Shown: positions 29,313 to 38,637 of the stretch, in pieces
How the letters are laid out: each line of letters opens with the position of its first letter
How positions within the stretch are numbered: position 1 is the stretch's first letter
Assembly: GCA_016206925.1 (NCBI GenBank)
Contig: JACQQS010000028.1
Span: forward strand, 1-62,514
DNA: 62,514 bases
From: Candidatus Omnitrophota bacterium
GTDB taxonomy: Bacteria > Omnitrophota > Omnitrophia > Omnitrophales > JACQQS01
Direction of reading: 5' to 3'
Translations under genes and position numbers: made by a program
Notes under the pieces: generated by a model
Told to the model about the DNA's origin: nothing
Seen by the model: only the letters and a program-made list of their open reading frames with translations
Databases searched by the model: none

Positions 29313-31112
29313 ATGACCGAAAATAACGCTCCGACCAGGAATCAAGCTGTGCTCAAGTGGGTAGATGACATGGCAAAACTCTGTAAGCCGGACAAGATCG
29401 TCTGGTGTGACGGCTCGGAAGAAGAGCGAGCTCGACTCACGAAGGAATGCCTGGCGGCTGGGGAGTTGATCGAACTCAATCAGCAAAAATTGCCGGGATG
29501 CTATCTCCATCGCTCGGATCCAAATGACGTAGCGCGCGTGGAGAAACTTACGTTTATCTGTACAAAAAATAAGGAAGATGCCGGCCCAACCAATAACTGG
29601 ATGGCGCCCGATGAAGCTTACAAAAAAGCCCGGGCTATTTTTGACGGATCTATGAAGGGGCGTACGATGTACGTCATTCCGTTCCTGATGGGTCTGCCAA
29701 ACTCGCCGTTTGCGAAGATCGGTTTCGAGCTGACCGATTCCCGGTACGTGGTTCTCAACATGAGAATAATGACGCGAATGGGCAAAATTGCGCTTGAACA
29801 GCTCGGGGATTCGCCGAATTTCACGAAGGGTCTTCACAGCAGGGCGGACTTAAATATAGAAAGGCGTTACATACTTCATTTCCCCGAGGACAACACGATC
29901 TGGAGCGTGGGGTCGGCCTACGGTGGAAACGTGCTCCTGGGGAAAAAATGCCTTGCGCTTAGAATCGGCAGCTGGCTTGGCAGAAAGGAGAGTTGGCTTG
30001 CAGAACATATGCTCATCCTCGGCATTCAAAATCCTAAGGGCGAGATCCGCTACGTTTGTGCCGCATTCCCCAGCCAATGCGGGAAGACGAACTTGGCGAT
30101 GGTCGTTGCGCCAAACGCGCTGAAGGGCTACAAAACCTGGACGGTCGGCGATGATATCTCATGGCTGCGAATCGGCCCAGATGGAAAGCTCTGGGCTGTA
30201 AATCCGGAAGCTGGATTTTTTGGCGTGGCGCCCGGCACAAGTTTAAAGACCAATCCGGCAGCGCTCCAGACCGTTCAGCGAAGTACCCTTTTCACGAACG
30301 TAGCTTTAAAGCCTGATGGAACGGTCTGGTGGGAAGGCCTTGACGGCGACCCGCCCGCCAACTGCATTGACTGGCTCGGCAAGCCCTGGACGCCGGCATC
30401 CAAAGACAAAGCGGCCCACCCCAACAGCCGTTTCACGGCGCCGGCCTCCCAGTGCCCTTCCATTTCGCCGGAATGGGAAAATCCGAAGGGTGTCCCGATC
30501 AGTGCAATTATTTTCGGCGGAAGACGTGCTAAGGTAGCGCCGCTCGTATTTGAAACTTTTAACTGGCAGCACGGTGTTTATGTCGGTTCCACGATGGCCT
30601 CTGAAACAACGGCTGCGGCAGCTGGACAAGTGGGCGTGGTTCGCCGTGACCCGATGGCCATGCTTCCCTTCCTGGGCTATCACGCGGGCGAATATTTCCG
30701 CCATTGGCTTGATATGGGAAAGAAAATAACGAAACCGCCAAAAATTTTCCATGTGAACTGGTTCCGGACAAACAACCAGGGCAAATTTATCTGGCCGGGA
30801 TTCGGCGAAAACCTGAGAGTAATACTCTGGATCCTGGACCGCTGTGAGGGTAAAGGCGATGCATTAAAGACTCCGATTGGATGCGTTCCGACACCGGATG
30901 CTATTGCGACAACCGGACTTGCCATTTCGCCGGAAACGTTTAAGGAACTGCTAAGCGTTAACCGGGAGGAGTGGAGACAGGAACTCGAACTTCAAAACGA
31001 GTGGTTCGCAAGCATCGGCCCGCGCTTACCAAAAGAGCTGTGGGATGAGCATTCTGCGCTTGCGAAACGGCTTGAAGCTAAGCCCGAGTCCGTTGTGCTT
31101 AAAGAAGGTTAA
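29313..31112 (+). CDS. pckG: phosphoenolpyruvate carboxykinase (GTP)
   Basis: DVARVE, AFPSQCGKTNLAM, VGDDI, HPNSRF, RRDPMAMLPF. Confidence 0.97.
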   Translation: MTENNAPTRNQAVLKWVDDMAKLCKPDKIVWCDGSEEERARLTKECLAAGELIELNQQKLPGCYLHRSDPNDVARVEKLTFICTKNKEDAGPTNNWMAPDEAYKKARAIFDGSMKGRTMYVIPFLMGLPNSPFAKIGFELTDSRYVVLNMRIMTRMGKIALEQLGDSPNFTKGLHSRADLNIERRYILHFPEDNTIWSVGSAYGGNVLLGKKCLALRIGSWLGRKESWLAEHMLILGIQNPKGEIRYVCAAFPSQCGKTNLAMVVAPNALKGYKTWTVGDDISWLRIGPDGKLWAVNPEAGFFGVAPGTSLKTNPAALQTVQRSTLFTNVALKPDGTVWWEGLDGDPPANCIDWLGKPWTPASKDKAAHPNSRFTAPASQCPSISPEWENPKGVPISAIIFGGRRAKVAPLVFETFNWQHGVYVGSTMASETTAAAAGQVGVVRRDPMAMLPFLGYHAGEYFRHWLDMGKKITKPPKIFHVNWFRTNNQGKFIWPGFGENLRVILWILDRCEGKGDALKTPIGCVPTPDAIATTGLAISPETFKELLSVNREEWRQELELQNEWFASIGPRLPKELWDEHSALAKRLEAKPESVVLKEG

Positions 31113-32089
31113 ATCCTTCTCAAGCGCTGCGAAAAGACGGATGCCGCTGAAATGCCAGCGGCAAGAAGAATGATCGAGGACGGTTCAGGTATAGCCGGTT
31201 CCCCACCTTGATCGGGCGGCAAAAATCCTCTCACCACAACAACCCGGTCGCCACCGCCAAAAGTAGAAAACAGGAAATCCCCGGTTAATGGATCAATAAA
31301 AGCACCTTCAGCCCCGGACAACTCGGATAGAAATTCCCGGCGCGACGCCGGAATGGGATTGCCGTCCGCGTCTATTTCGTATGCCCCGACTTTACCCGCA
31401 GACCACTCTGAAAGCAGTAAACTATCTACGGGAAATCCGGCATTGCCGGCGGCAATGTACACAAATCCCTCAGGGCCCCCGGGCAGGGTTGTTTCGTGTG
31501 TCACCGAAGTGATATCGAAAGTCCCCGCCCCATCCGGGCTAAACTCAGCCGTATAAAATTGGCCGCCGGACCAGGAAACCAATTTCATTTGGCCGGCACC
31601 CGAAAATCCGGCAGGAACAAAATTAATGGCCGCGTGTGAGCTTGCAACGCCCAAGGGAACCAAGTCAATTACCTTATCCGGCGCCACACTGCCGGGCAGG
31701 TACTGGCCAAGCTTATTGACAGGCCACTGTGATGCAAAGAGAACCCCGCTTGGGCCAAACACTACCCCGCCGTCATTAAAAGGGGCTGCGGCAAAAAACG
31801 TTGCTACGCCGGAAAAACCGCTGATGTGGTTATCCGCTCCTCGCGTCACGCCAACTGTGTAAAGAGCGCCCGGAGCCGCGTTTGCTGAACCGCCTATTAA
31901 AAGAGTATTTGGATCTCCCTGAAGAAGCGTAAGGCCACCGTAACTAGGGGGAAGGCTGGGCACAGAACCCAAATCTGTGAACTCGTAATCGGCCGCAAAC
32001 TCGGCGCCGATCATAATCGCCTGGGCCGGATCTGCTGCTAAAACTAAAACGCCCACGAAAAAAATTACCATCATCAGATCTTTTCGCAT
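31109..32089 (-). CDS. PEP-CTERM sorting-domain surface protein
   Basis: signal peptide AQA; C-terminal IPEPSS-TM-RLRR. Confidence 0.92.
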   Translation of the reverse strand: MRKDLMMVIFFVGVLVLAADPAQAIMIGAEFAADYEFTDLGSVPSLPPSYGGLTLLQGDPNTLLIGGSANAAPGALYTVGVTRGADNHISGFSGVATFFAAAPFNDGGVVFGPSGVLFASQWPVNKLGQYLPGSVAPDKVIDLVPLGVASSHAAINFVPAGFSGAGQMKLVSWSGGQFYTAEFSPDGAGTFDITSVTHETTLPGGPEGFVYIAAGNAGFPVDSLLLSEWSAGKVGAYEIDADGNPIPASRREFLSELSGAEGAFIDPLTGDFLFSTFGGGDRVVVVRGFLPPDQGGEPAIPEPSSIILLAAGISAASVFSQRLRRI

Positions 32090-32167
32090 GCTTGGTTCCC
32101 TCACGAATAAGGCAAGATTTCGGCTTATAAAATATTACAAATTACAAGTGAAAGTGTTCTCACAACA

Positions 32168-32183
32168 TGCAATATCCGTGCCG
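32168..32183 (-). promoter_or_regulatory. sigma54 promoter of the PEP-CTERM gene
   Basis: minus strand CGGCACGGATATTGCA, near-consensus. Confidence 0.8.
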
Positions 32184-32367
32184 CTAAACGTGTGAACATA
32201 ATTTCGCAACTCTTCATCGGATTTTACCTCTGCATTTTAGCGAAATAAATCAGTGATACCACAAGGAGGGTTATTGCGCTGGGGTGAATAAATAATGTAA
32301 AGCGTTATAATTATGTCCTGTTTACACTACCGAGTGGAATTTTCTAAACAAAACCCGCGCAGAAATC

Positions 32368-32958
32368 TCATGTTTTAGGACGCTTTTTTTGCCCCTCCGG
32401 ATCGGAAATGATCCCTTCCAGCTCCCCAATTCTTTTCCTTACAAATGGTTTCCAAAAAAATGTGACAGGGTACGGATCCAGCTCCAGCTCTTCCGCCGCC
32501 TTCCTTGTTAATCCGTCATACTTCATGCGGTAAAGGACAGAGACAACGCCTGTGCGCTCAGCGCCGCGCTTGCAATGAAAGAAAACCGGCTTTTTGGCGG
32601 GATCGTCTATGACGGAGAAAAATTCCTTCAAAACAGCGGGGGGCACCGATTCATATATTTTCCACGGGATGCTGACATAATTTAAGCCGGTCGCGCCGGC
32701 CCACCGTCCCTCCTCGGAAATCCGGTCTTTCTCGTGCCTAAAATTAACCACCGTTCGAATGCCGAAATCCCTGAGGGGCGGAAAAGCTTCCTCCGGCGGC
32801 TGCGCGCCGCGGTATAAACCGTCGGCCACTTTTGCGAAATGTTCGATTTTATTTTTTAACATCGCTTCGTCCTGTTGTTCCGCACTCGTCTGAACATCTC
32901 CGCTGAAAATAAGCGCAAAAGCAAGGATGGCGGCACAGAAGCGGCGCGGAAAGTTCAT
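32368..32958 (-). CDS. exported PTP/dual-specificity phosphatase family protein
   Basis: signal peptide; LYRGAQP, HCKRGAERTG (CX5R). Confidence 0.85.
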   Translation of the reverse strand: MNFPRRFCAAILAFALIFSGDVQTSAEQQDEAMLKNKIEHFAKVADGLYRGAQPPEEAFPPLRDFGIRTVVNFRHEKDRISEEGRWAGATGLNYVSIPWKIYESVPPAVLKEFFSVIDDPAKKPVFFHCKRGAERTGVVSVLYRMKYDGLTRKAAEELELDPYPVTFFWKPFVRKRIGELEGIISDPEGQKKRPKT

Positions 32959-33077
32959 TTTCGCTTACCTCACGAGACAAGCTTGCGCAGTTTAGAATCG
33001 ATATATTTTCGCATTGCAATGAAACCTCTCAAAAATTATTACATAAAGAGAAAGCGGCGGGAATCGCAAGCAAGTGA

Positions 33078-33782
33078 TCAGTTAGCGGATGAAGGGGCTT
33101 CGGCTTTCAATTCCTCGAAAACCGGGCAGGATCTGAATTTTTGCGCAGCGTCGAAACAATAGCGGTCAGCCTCGTTCTGCATGTCGGGACGGTCACCGAC
33201 ATGAAAACACTGCGGATTTTTTGACGGAAGATACGGGCATTCCACGGTTGTTTGAAAAGGATGCGACTCGCCGATCTGTTTCAAGAAACCTTGAGAAAAC
33301 TTGGCCCCGTTATACGCGCAGATAGCCGACGCCGGATGCGTGGAGAATAAGTCATTTACCCGTGTCTCATACAGGACAAATTCTTTCTCGGTATTCGCTC
33401 GAACCAACGAATCGCTTAACTCCACCGCTATTCTCAAACCTTTAAACCGCCGCCCCAGAAGGGCCGGCACATACGCTCGATAATAGGCCAGCATGGCCGC
33501 GCCGCTAAACATTCCAAATCCGAAATAGGTATCGCGCGTAGACAAAATTTCGAGGAGTTCCAACTTTTCATAGACCCGCGCGTCGCAACCCCGCGCGGCC
33601 AAAGCGTCCCTGACTTCATCCGGCGTCGAATCGTCAAGTGCATACATGCATTTTTCGCCCTTAGAAAGGCCGTACATCAGGTAGGGTAGAATGACGTTAA
33701 AAAGATCGCACGGGGAGAGATAAATGTGGTAAGCGTGTTCGTGTGCAACCAACGTGGCAGGTATTCGACTCGACGGCATCAT
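33078..33782 (-). CDS. MEDS-domain protein with Cys-rich tail
   Basis: HEHAYHIY, GLSKGEKC, GLRIAVE, YETRVN, ICAY, HP; AGGAG RBS. Confidence 0.75.
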   Translation of the reverse strand: MMPSSRIPATLVAHEHAYHIYLSPCDLFNVILPYLMYGLSKGEKCMYALDDSTPDEVRDALAARGCDARVYEKLELLEILSTRDTYFGFGMFSGAAMLAYYRAYVPALLGRRFKGLRIAVELSDSLVRANTEKEFVLYETRVNDLFSTHPASAICAYNGAKFSQGFLKQIGESHPFQTTVECPYLPSKNPQCFHVGDRPDMQNEADRYCFDAAQKFRSCPVFEELKAEAPSSAN

Positions 33783-34054
33783 GCCTGTTTCTCCTGAAAA
33801 GGAATCCCGGCATACCAATCTAGAACAAGTCGCGTGAGTTTCTATGTGCGGGTTACTTAGAATAATAACTCGCTCTCCCAGAGAAGTCAAATGATGAGCG
33901 CCATGCGCCCCATGAGCGCCCAGCGCACAAGAAGACAGGCGTTGGTAAAAACCCTCAATGTTGGAGATTATCTAAGGTGGATCAAACTGTTAATTTTACC
34001 AAGCCGAGGTCGTAGCACTTGGCGATGAGGTGCTTGAACATTTCGTTTCGTCGG

Positions 34055-34282
34055 TCATTTAGCGCGCTTGAACACCTCGACCGTTTCAGAAATGACATCT
34101 AAAATTTGCTGCATCGTACCCGATATTCCAGATAGTCTGTCCCAAAGCTCGTCAGCAATAAGAATTTCATCGGGTGCGAAAAACTTCTTGAACTCAACAA
34201 GATAATCGAAAAATCGTTGTTTATCATAACCCGTTGGTGTTGGCGAAGTAGGATCGAAAGGAAAACCAACGAAATATTTTAG
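34055..34282 (-). pseudogene. C-terminal remnant of a type II restriction endonuclease (TdeIII-like)
   Basis: start-less frame KYFVGFPFDPTS..YDKQRFF..ELWDRLSG..TMQQIL. Confidence 0.6.
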
Positions 34283-34382
34283 TCAATCTTCTTTTATAGC
34301 CACCAGATAAAATAAACAAATTGAAATCGGTTTTCCCGCAAAAGGTGCGGGACCGACCAGCGGGAGAACCTGGCTGGTTTAC

Positions 34383-34610
34383 TTAATCCTCCAGTTTTTC
34401 AATGATGGCTTCTGCATGAGATCGCTTATGAACAATGACCGATCCGTCACTATTTATGTCCTGATCGACCTCTTTGATTCCTGTTGGATTAATGTCGATC
34501 CATTCAAGAAATCGTCCGTCGTAATTGTTCTTTATGATGTAATCTGGAATCCTTCTACCTTTTTCATTCTTGAATTCGTAAATCTTAGCCTTGCATATCG
34601 TAAATGACAT
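34383..34610 (-). CDS. hypothetical protein, 75 aa
   Basis: ORF with purine-rich leader; no family recognised. Confidence 0.55.
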   Translation of the reverse strand: MSFTICKAKIYEFKNEKGRRIPDYIIKNNYDGRFLEWIDINPTGIKEVDQDINSDGSVIVHKRSHAEAIIEKLED

Positions 34611-34733
34611 AACTTCTCTTTTCTCTCCTTTTTTGACCTGATGCTTTTCGCACCAAAACTTCAGCAGTCGTAGAAAATACTATTTTGCTCATAAAAATCG
34701 ATGCGGCAGTTAAACTTTTTTCTTGCGTTGTGC

Positions 34734-35489
34734 TCATCCCTTGTTGTTTGTAACAATTTTCTTAAATCCTGAATTGTATTCGACCAGCTTCTCCCAATTG
34801 ATTTTTCCATCTTCGCAAAATTGCTGCGAGAATTCAAGGGTCAACTGATTGATCGCTTGGGCATAACGTTCCAAAAATGCTTCGTTGTGTTGTTTTGCTT
34901 GATAACCTATCGGCTCGATAATATCAACGTAAAGCTTCTGATCTCCTGAAACAAACCCCCAGAATATCTGACCGCACAGTTTTAAATACCCTTTTTTATC
35001 CGAACGATTATTCCTCCCAAAGCAACATCCGTTAACTGCAACGACTTTTTTCCCCGTCCTTTTCTTCAATATTTTTTCTGCTTTCTTAAAATTAATTTTC
35101 AACTGTTTAATTTGGCTTGCATTGCCCCAATTCCATCCTGCCTTTATCTCAACAATATAAACAATGCCTTCTTTTTCGAATTCTAAATCAATACCTGTTA
35201 ATTCTGATTTCCTCGCATTATAAACCTTGCCACAAACAAAAACAGCCAACCTTTCCATAAAGTCGCCAAACAACGTTTCCTCCTGGGATTGCAAAAAAGC
35301 ATCGAGGAAACCCTTAACCAAATCCTGAGCGGTTAATATATTTTTCGCTTTGGAAAGATATGGATTCTTTTGGCGCAAAATCTTCAGCAAATCCAATTTA
35401 TTCCTGACATAATCCAGACGTCTCTGATGAAAAATGGAAATATGCTCCTCAACGAATTTATAAATTTGCCTCAAACCTAATTTTTTCAT
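34734..35489 (-). CDS. type II restriction endonuclease (PmeII-like)
   Basis: KNPYL, ETLFGDFME, GIDLEF..IVEIKAGWNWGN (PD-EXK), CGQ.FW. Confidence 0.8.
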   Translation of the reverse strand: MKKLGLRQIYKFVEEHISIFHQRRLDYVRNKLDLLKILRQKNPYLSKAKNILTAQDLVKGFLDAFLQSQEETLFGDFMERLAVFVCGKVYNARKSELTGIDLEFEKEGIVYIVEIKAGWNWGNASQIKQLKINFKKAEKILKKRTGKKVVAVNGCCFGRNNRSDKKGYLKLCGQIFWGFVSGDQKLYVDIIEPIGYQAKQHNEAFLERYAQAINQLTLEFSQQFCEDGKINWEKLVEYNSGFKKIVTNNKG

Positions 35490-35500
35490 ATTGTTGCTAA

Positions 35501-36788
35501 GTCCTTGTTAAACAATAATTACTTCATTAGGCGAGACGGTTTTGGATGAATCGTATAATTCCAATCACCATGAAATCGGTTGCGTTTCAAATGGATAGTG
35601 GCCAATTGCTCGTCCGAGATCTTCAATCCCTTTGGATACTTGCCGGGGTCGAGTTCGCATCTCACCCGCAATCCTTGACTCGTTCGTGTAGCACCAATCA
35701 AACTATGATGACCGCCACGCTCTCCAACGGACGGCCTCTCCAGTTCCGGCTGATGAAGGAAAACATCCGATGTTCGATTTTGTTCCACTTGCTCGTTCCC
35801 GGCGGAAAATGACACACCGAAATCGGCAACCCGATCCGATTGGCCAGGCGTTGAAGTTCCCATTTCCACAAACGCGTCCGCGCGCCGTTGCTCCCACCGG
35901 CATCGGCTGTGATCATCAGGGATTTGGCTTTCGGGTAAGCAGGGCATCCCATGGTCCGCCACCACCGCTGAATACTCTGAACGGCAAACGCCGCAGTGTC
36001 GTGATCGATTCCCACGCTCACCCAACCCTCGTTGCGCGTCAAATCGTACACGCCATACGGGCTCACTTTCCCATTTTCTGGAATGATGAAGTCGTGAACC
36101 AGCACAGGACGGGGATGCCCTTTCGGACGCCATTCCCTCCCTGCGTTTTTGAAGTTGCCAACCAGTTCTTTCTTCTTGGTGTCCACCGAAATCACCGGTT
36201 GATCGGCGCGTTGTTTCTCGATCACCTGCCGGTTGATGTGCTCGAATTGCGCATTGCGGTCGGAATGTTGTTTCCCTTCGCGAGTTTTGCGATTGGCTTG
36301 CAAACTGTACCTCTCCGACCGCAAAATCTTTCCCACTACCGGATGACTCACGGAATGCCCCATTTGTCGAAGTTGCGCGGACAAACGCCGGAGACTTTTG
36401 GATGTCCACCGAAGCGGCGATTGCGGATCTCCTCGCGTTGCCGATTCCACCAGCGACCGCAAATCCTTCGTCACGCGGGGATCCTTCCTGGTAACAGCTT
36501 TCCGACCGCCTCCCGCTCGGCGGATTCGCGACGGATCCACACCGGGATTGTCTCCCCGAATCTCTTTCAACCCTTGAACGATGGTGGAGCGCGCTATTCC
36601 CGATGCGGCAAAAACTGCGGTGACTCCTCCGCGGCCAAGGGCTTTCGCTTCCGTGGCTGCATAGATGCGCCGACTGCGTTCGTTCAGCGTCGGCATCAAT
36701 ACCGAAAACTTTTCTTTCAACGCTTGGATATCCACTCATATCATATCGGCAGATTCCAAAATTGGAGCAGTTATTTATTGACAATTCC
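35501..36788 (-). mobile_element. ISAzo13-family insertion sequence
   Basis: imperfect IRs GTCCTTGTTAAACAATAA / GGAATTGTCAATAAATAA; TAA direct repeat at 35498-35500 and 36789-36791. Confidence 0.85.
35519..36735 (-). pseudogene. ISAzo13 transposase with a frameshift near 35704
   Basis: ISVDTKKKE, ADAGGSN, PPGTSKWNKIEHR; C-terminus (LIGAT..HGDWNYTI) in another frame. Confidence 0.85.
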
Positions 36789-37945
36789 TAACGATTAATT
36801 ATCGTTTCTTTTTCTTGCACCTTTTTCTTGATAATCTCCAAATACTCGGGAACGATCTCAATGCCAATTGAGTTTCTCTCCATTCTTTGCGCCGTTTCTG
36901 CAGTTGTTCCGGAACCTAAAAAAGGATCCAACACCCAGTCGCCTTTTTTTGTAAACAGTTTAATAAACCATTCCGGCAATTCTCGCGGGAAAGGTGCGCT
37001 GTGATTTGTATTGCCACAAACAGTCGCAAAATGTAAAACATTTGTCGGGTAAACAGTCTTTCGATTAATCCAATTAGAAATGTTTTTTCCAAACCCGCTC
37101 CCACTCTTAGAAGTATCTCTGAGCTTGTCTGTGTCGCTGAGATTTCTTAATCTTCCATTCGCCCATTCACCGATCGGCACCATAACTTCTTCTTGATACA
37201 TATGGAAGATTTTTGTTTTATTAAACTGTAAAAGCTTCTCCCATGCATCTCTGAAACGATTTGGCCATTTACCAGGGTAGCAATTTTTTTTATGCCAGAT
37301 AAACTCTTCCGTCCACAACCAGCCTTGTTTTCGCAAAGCCAAAATAAGTTCAATTACATAAGTGTGTCTCTCTCCAGTTTCGGCTTTTTCCTTAATGTTC
37401 AAAATAAAAGTACCGGTGGGTTTCAGAACCCTTAATAACTGTTCACTGATCGGGAGGAACCACTCAACGTATTCTTCCGGTTTGACTCCTCCATATGTAT
37501 TTTTTCTCCTATCCGCGTATGGCGGAGAAGTTACAATTAAGTCAATGGAATTGTCATGAAGCGTCCTCAAAACTTGACCACAGTCTCCTAATATTATTTT
37601 TGTCTGAATATTTTGTACTGTTTCAACTTTACGCTTAGCACAATAGGAATCGTAATGCCTGACTAGATCTTGTTTTTGAATGAAAATGGTACCATTATGA
37701 ATGCGCTTTTTAACGCGTCCATATTGGACGAGGTAGGAAATATTGGAAGGGGTAACTTTTCGCTTTAAGTACTTGGTGGCCCACTCACTTGCTTCTTTAA
37801 TACTAAAAAGATCTGCAACTTTATCTTCGTCCGCAAATAAAATGGTGCTTGCATGGTGAAGGCTTTTTGCCACTATTTCAATCTCAGTGGTGTGAAGTAG
37901 CTGGGCTTGTTCAGGAGATTCTAAATTCTTATTTTCGTTACTCAT
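36788..37945 (-). CDS. N4/N6 DNA methyltransferase with N-terminal HTH
   Basis: TSPPY, HSAPFP, DPFLGSGTT; N-terminal SIKEASEWA..SNISYLVQYGR; AGGAGG RBS. Confidence 0.92.
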   Translation of the reverse strand: MSNENKNLESPEQAQLLHTTEIEIVAKSLHHASTILFADEDKVADLFSIKEASEWATKYLKRKVTPSNISYLVQYGRVKKRIHNGTIFIQKQDLVRHYDSYCAKRKVETVQNIQTKIILGDCGQVLRTLHDNSIDLIVTSPPYADRRKNTYGGVKPEEYVEWFLPISEQLLRVLKPTGTFILNIKEKAETGERHTYVIELILALRKQGWLWTEEFIWHKKNCYPGKWPNRFRDAWEKLLQFNKTKIFHMYQEEVMVPIGEWANGRLRNLSDTDKLRDTSKSGSGFGKNISNWINRKTVYPTNVLHFATVCGNTNHSAPFPRELPEWFIKLFTKKGDWVLDPFLGSGTTAETAQRMERNSIGIEIVPEYLEIIKKKVQEKETIINR

Positions 37946-38171
37946 CGATTTACCCTCCTTTTGCTTGAAGGGCAAATCGTTTTTACCGATCTTTACATGA
38001 GACGATTCCTTTGGGAAGGAAACGCTCGTAACCCGATAGTTGTTAAAATGAATTCCTAAGTTTGGAAGTATTATATCCAAAGAAAGCAAATTTTTCGATA
38101 CCTAAGTTAATTTCCCAGCGCGCAAATTTCCCCGCGCGCAAGATTCGGAACGCAAGCGGCTGAGCGTATAG

Positions 38172-38519
38172 TTATCCTGCTTTTTGGCCGGATAACTCGG
38201 CTTTCTTTGCAAGAAGCTGCCGGGCATAGCCGGACTGGAAACCGCCCATTTTTTCCTGGACTTCCTTTAGTTTGGCATCTACTTCTTTAAGGGTCATGGC
38301 GGAAATCTTCGGGGCACGCTTCTTCTCGGCATCCTCTTTGGCTTCCTTCTCTCCCGCCGCTTCCGGCGCTTTACCTTTTTCCTCCGGCGGCTCCTTTCGG
38401 TCTTTTGCCTTTTTTACTTCCTTCTCAGCCGCGGCGTCCGGCCGGCTTTCCGCTTTTTTTTCGTCTTTTTCAGCTTTTGCTTCCTGCTGCGGCGTCTCTT
38501 TTTTTTCCTGTTCACTCAT
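38172..38519 (-). CDS. small Lys/Glu-rich protein with ordered C-terminal helix
   Basis: low-complexity N-terminus; KISAMTLKEV..MGGFQSGYARQLL. Confidence 0.7.
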   Translation of the reverse strand: MSEQEKKETPQQEAKAEKDEKKAESRPDAAAEKEVKKAKDRKEPPEEKGKAPEAAGEKEAKEDAEKKRAPKISAMTLKEVDAKLKEVQEKMGGFQSGYARQLLAKKAELSGQKAG

Positions 38520-38637
38520 AAACGTCAAAGCCTCTTTGTGTGAAATTCATTCCATGGAAGGGGCGTACGATAGCCGAATACCATCCCCCTGTCAAGATTT
38601 CGAGAAATACCCCAGAAATACCGGGGCATTCTCGCTG

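Noticed and set aside
33895-33928. ATGAGCGCC/ATGCGCCC micro-repeats
   Set aside because: Too short and degenerate to assign; no partner copy seen
34320-34382. Hairpins after the 75-aa ORF as an integron attC site
   Set aside because: No matching RYYYAAC/GTTRRRY ends and no integrase; more likely terminator-like
35770-36798. 342-aa + strand ORF and the N-terminal part of the 421-aa - strand ORF
   Set aside because: Shadow frames of the ISAzo13 transposase; only the last ~60 aa of the 421-aa frame are transposase-like
38110-38142. TTCCCnGCGCGCAA direct repeat
   Set aside because: Only two short copies; no support for a function
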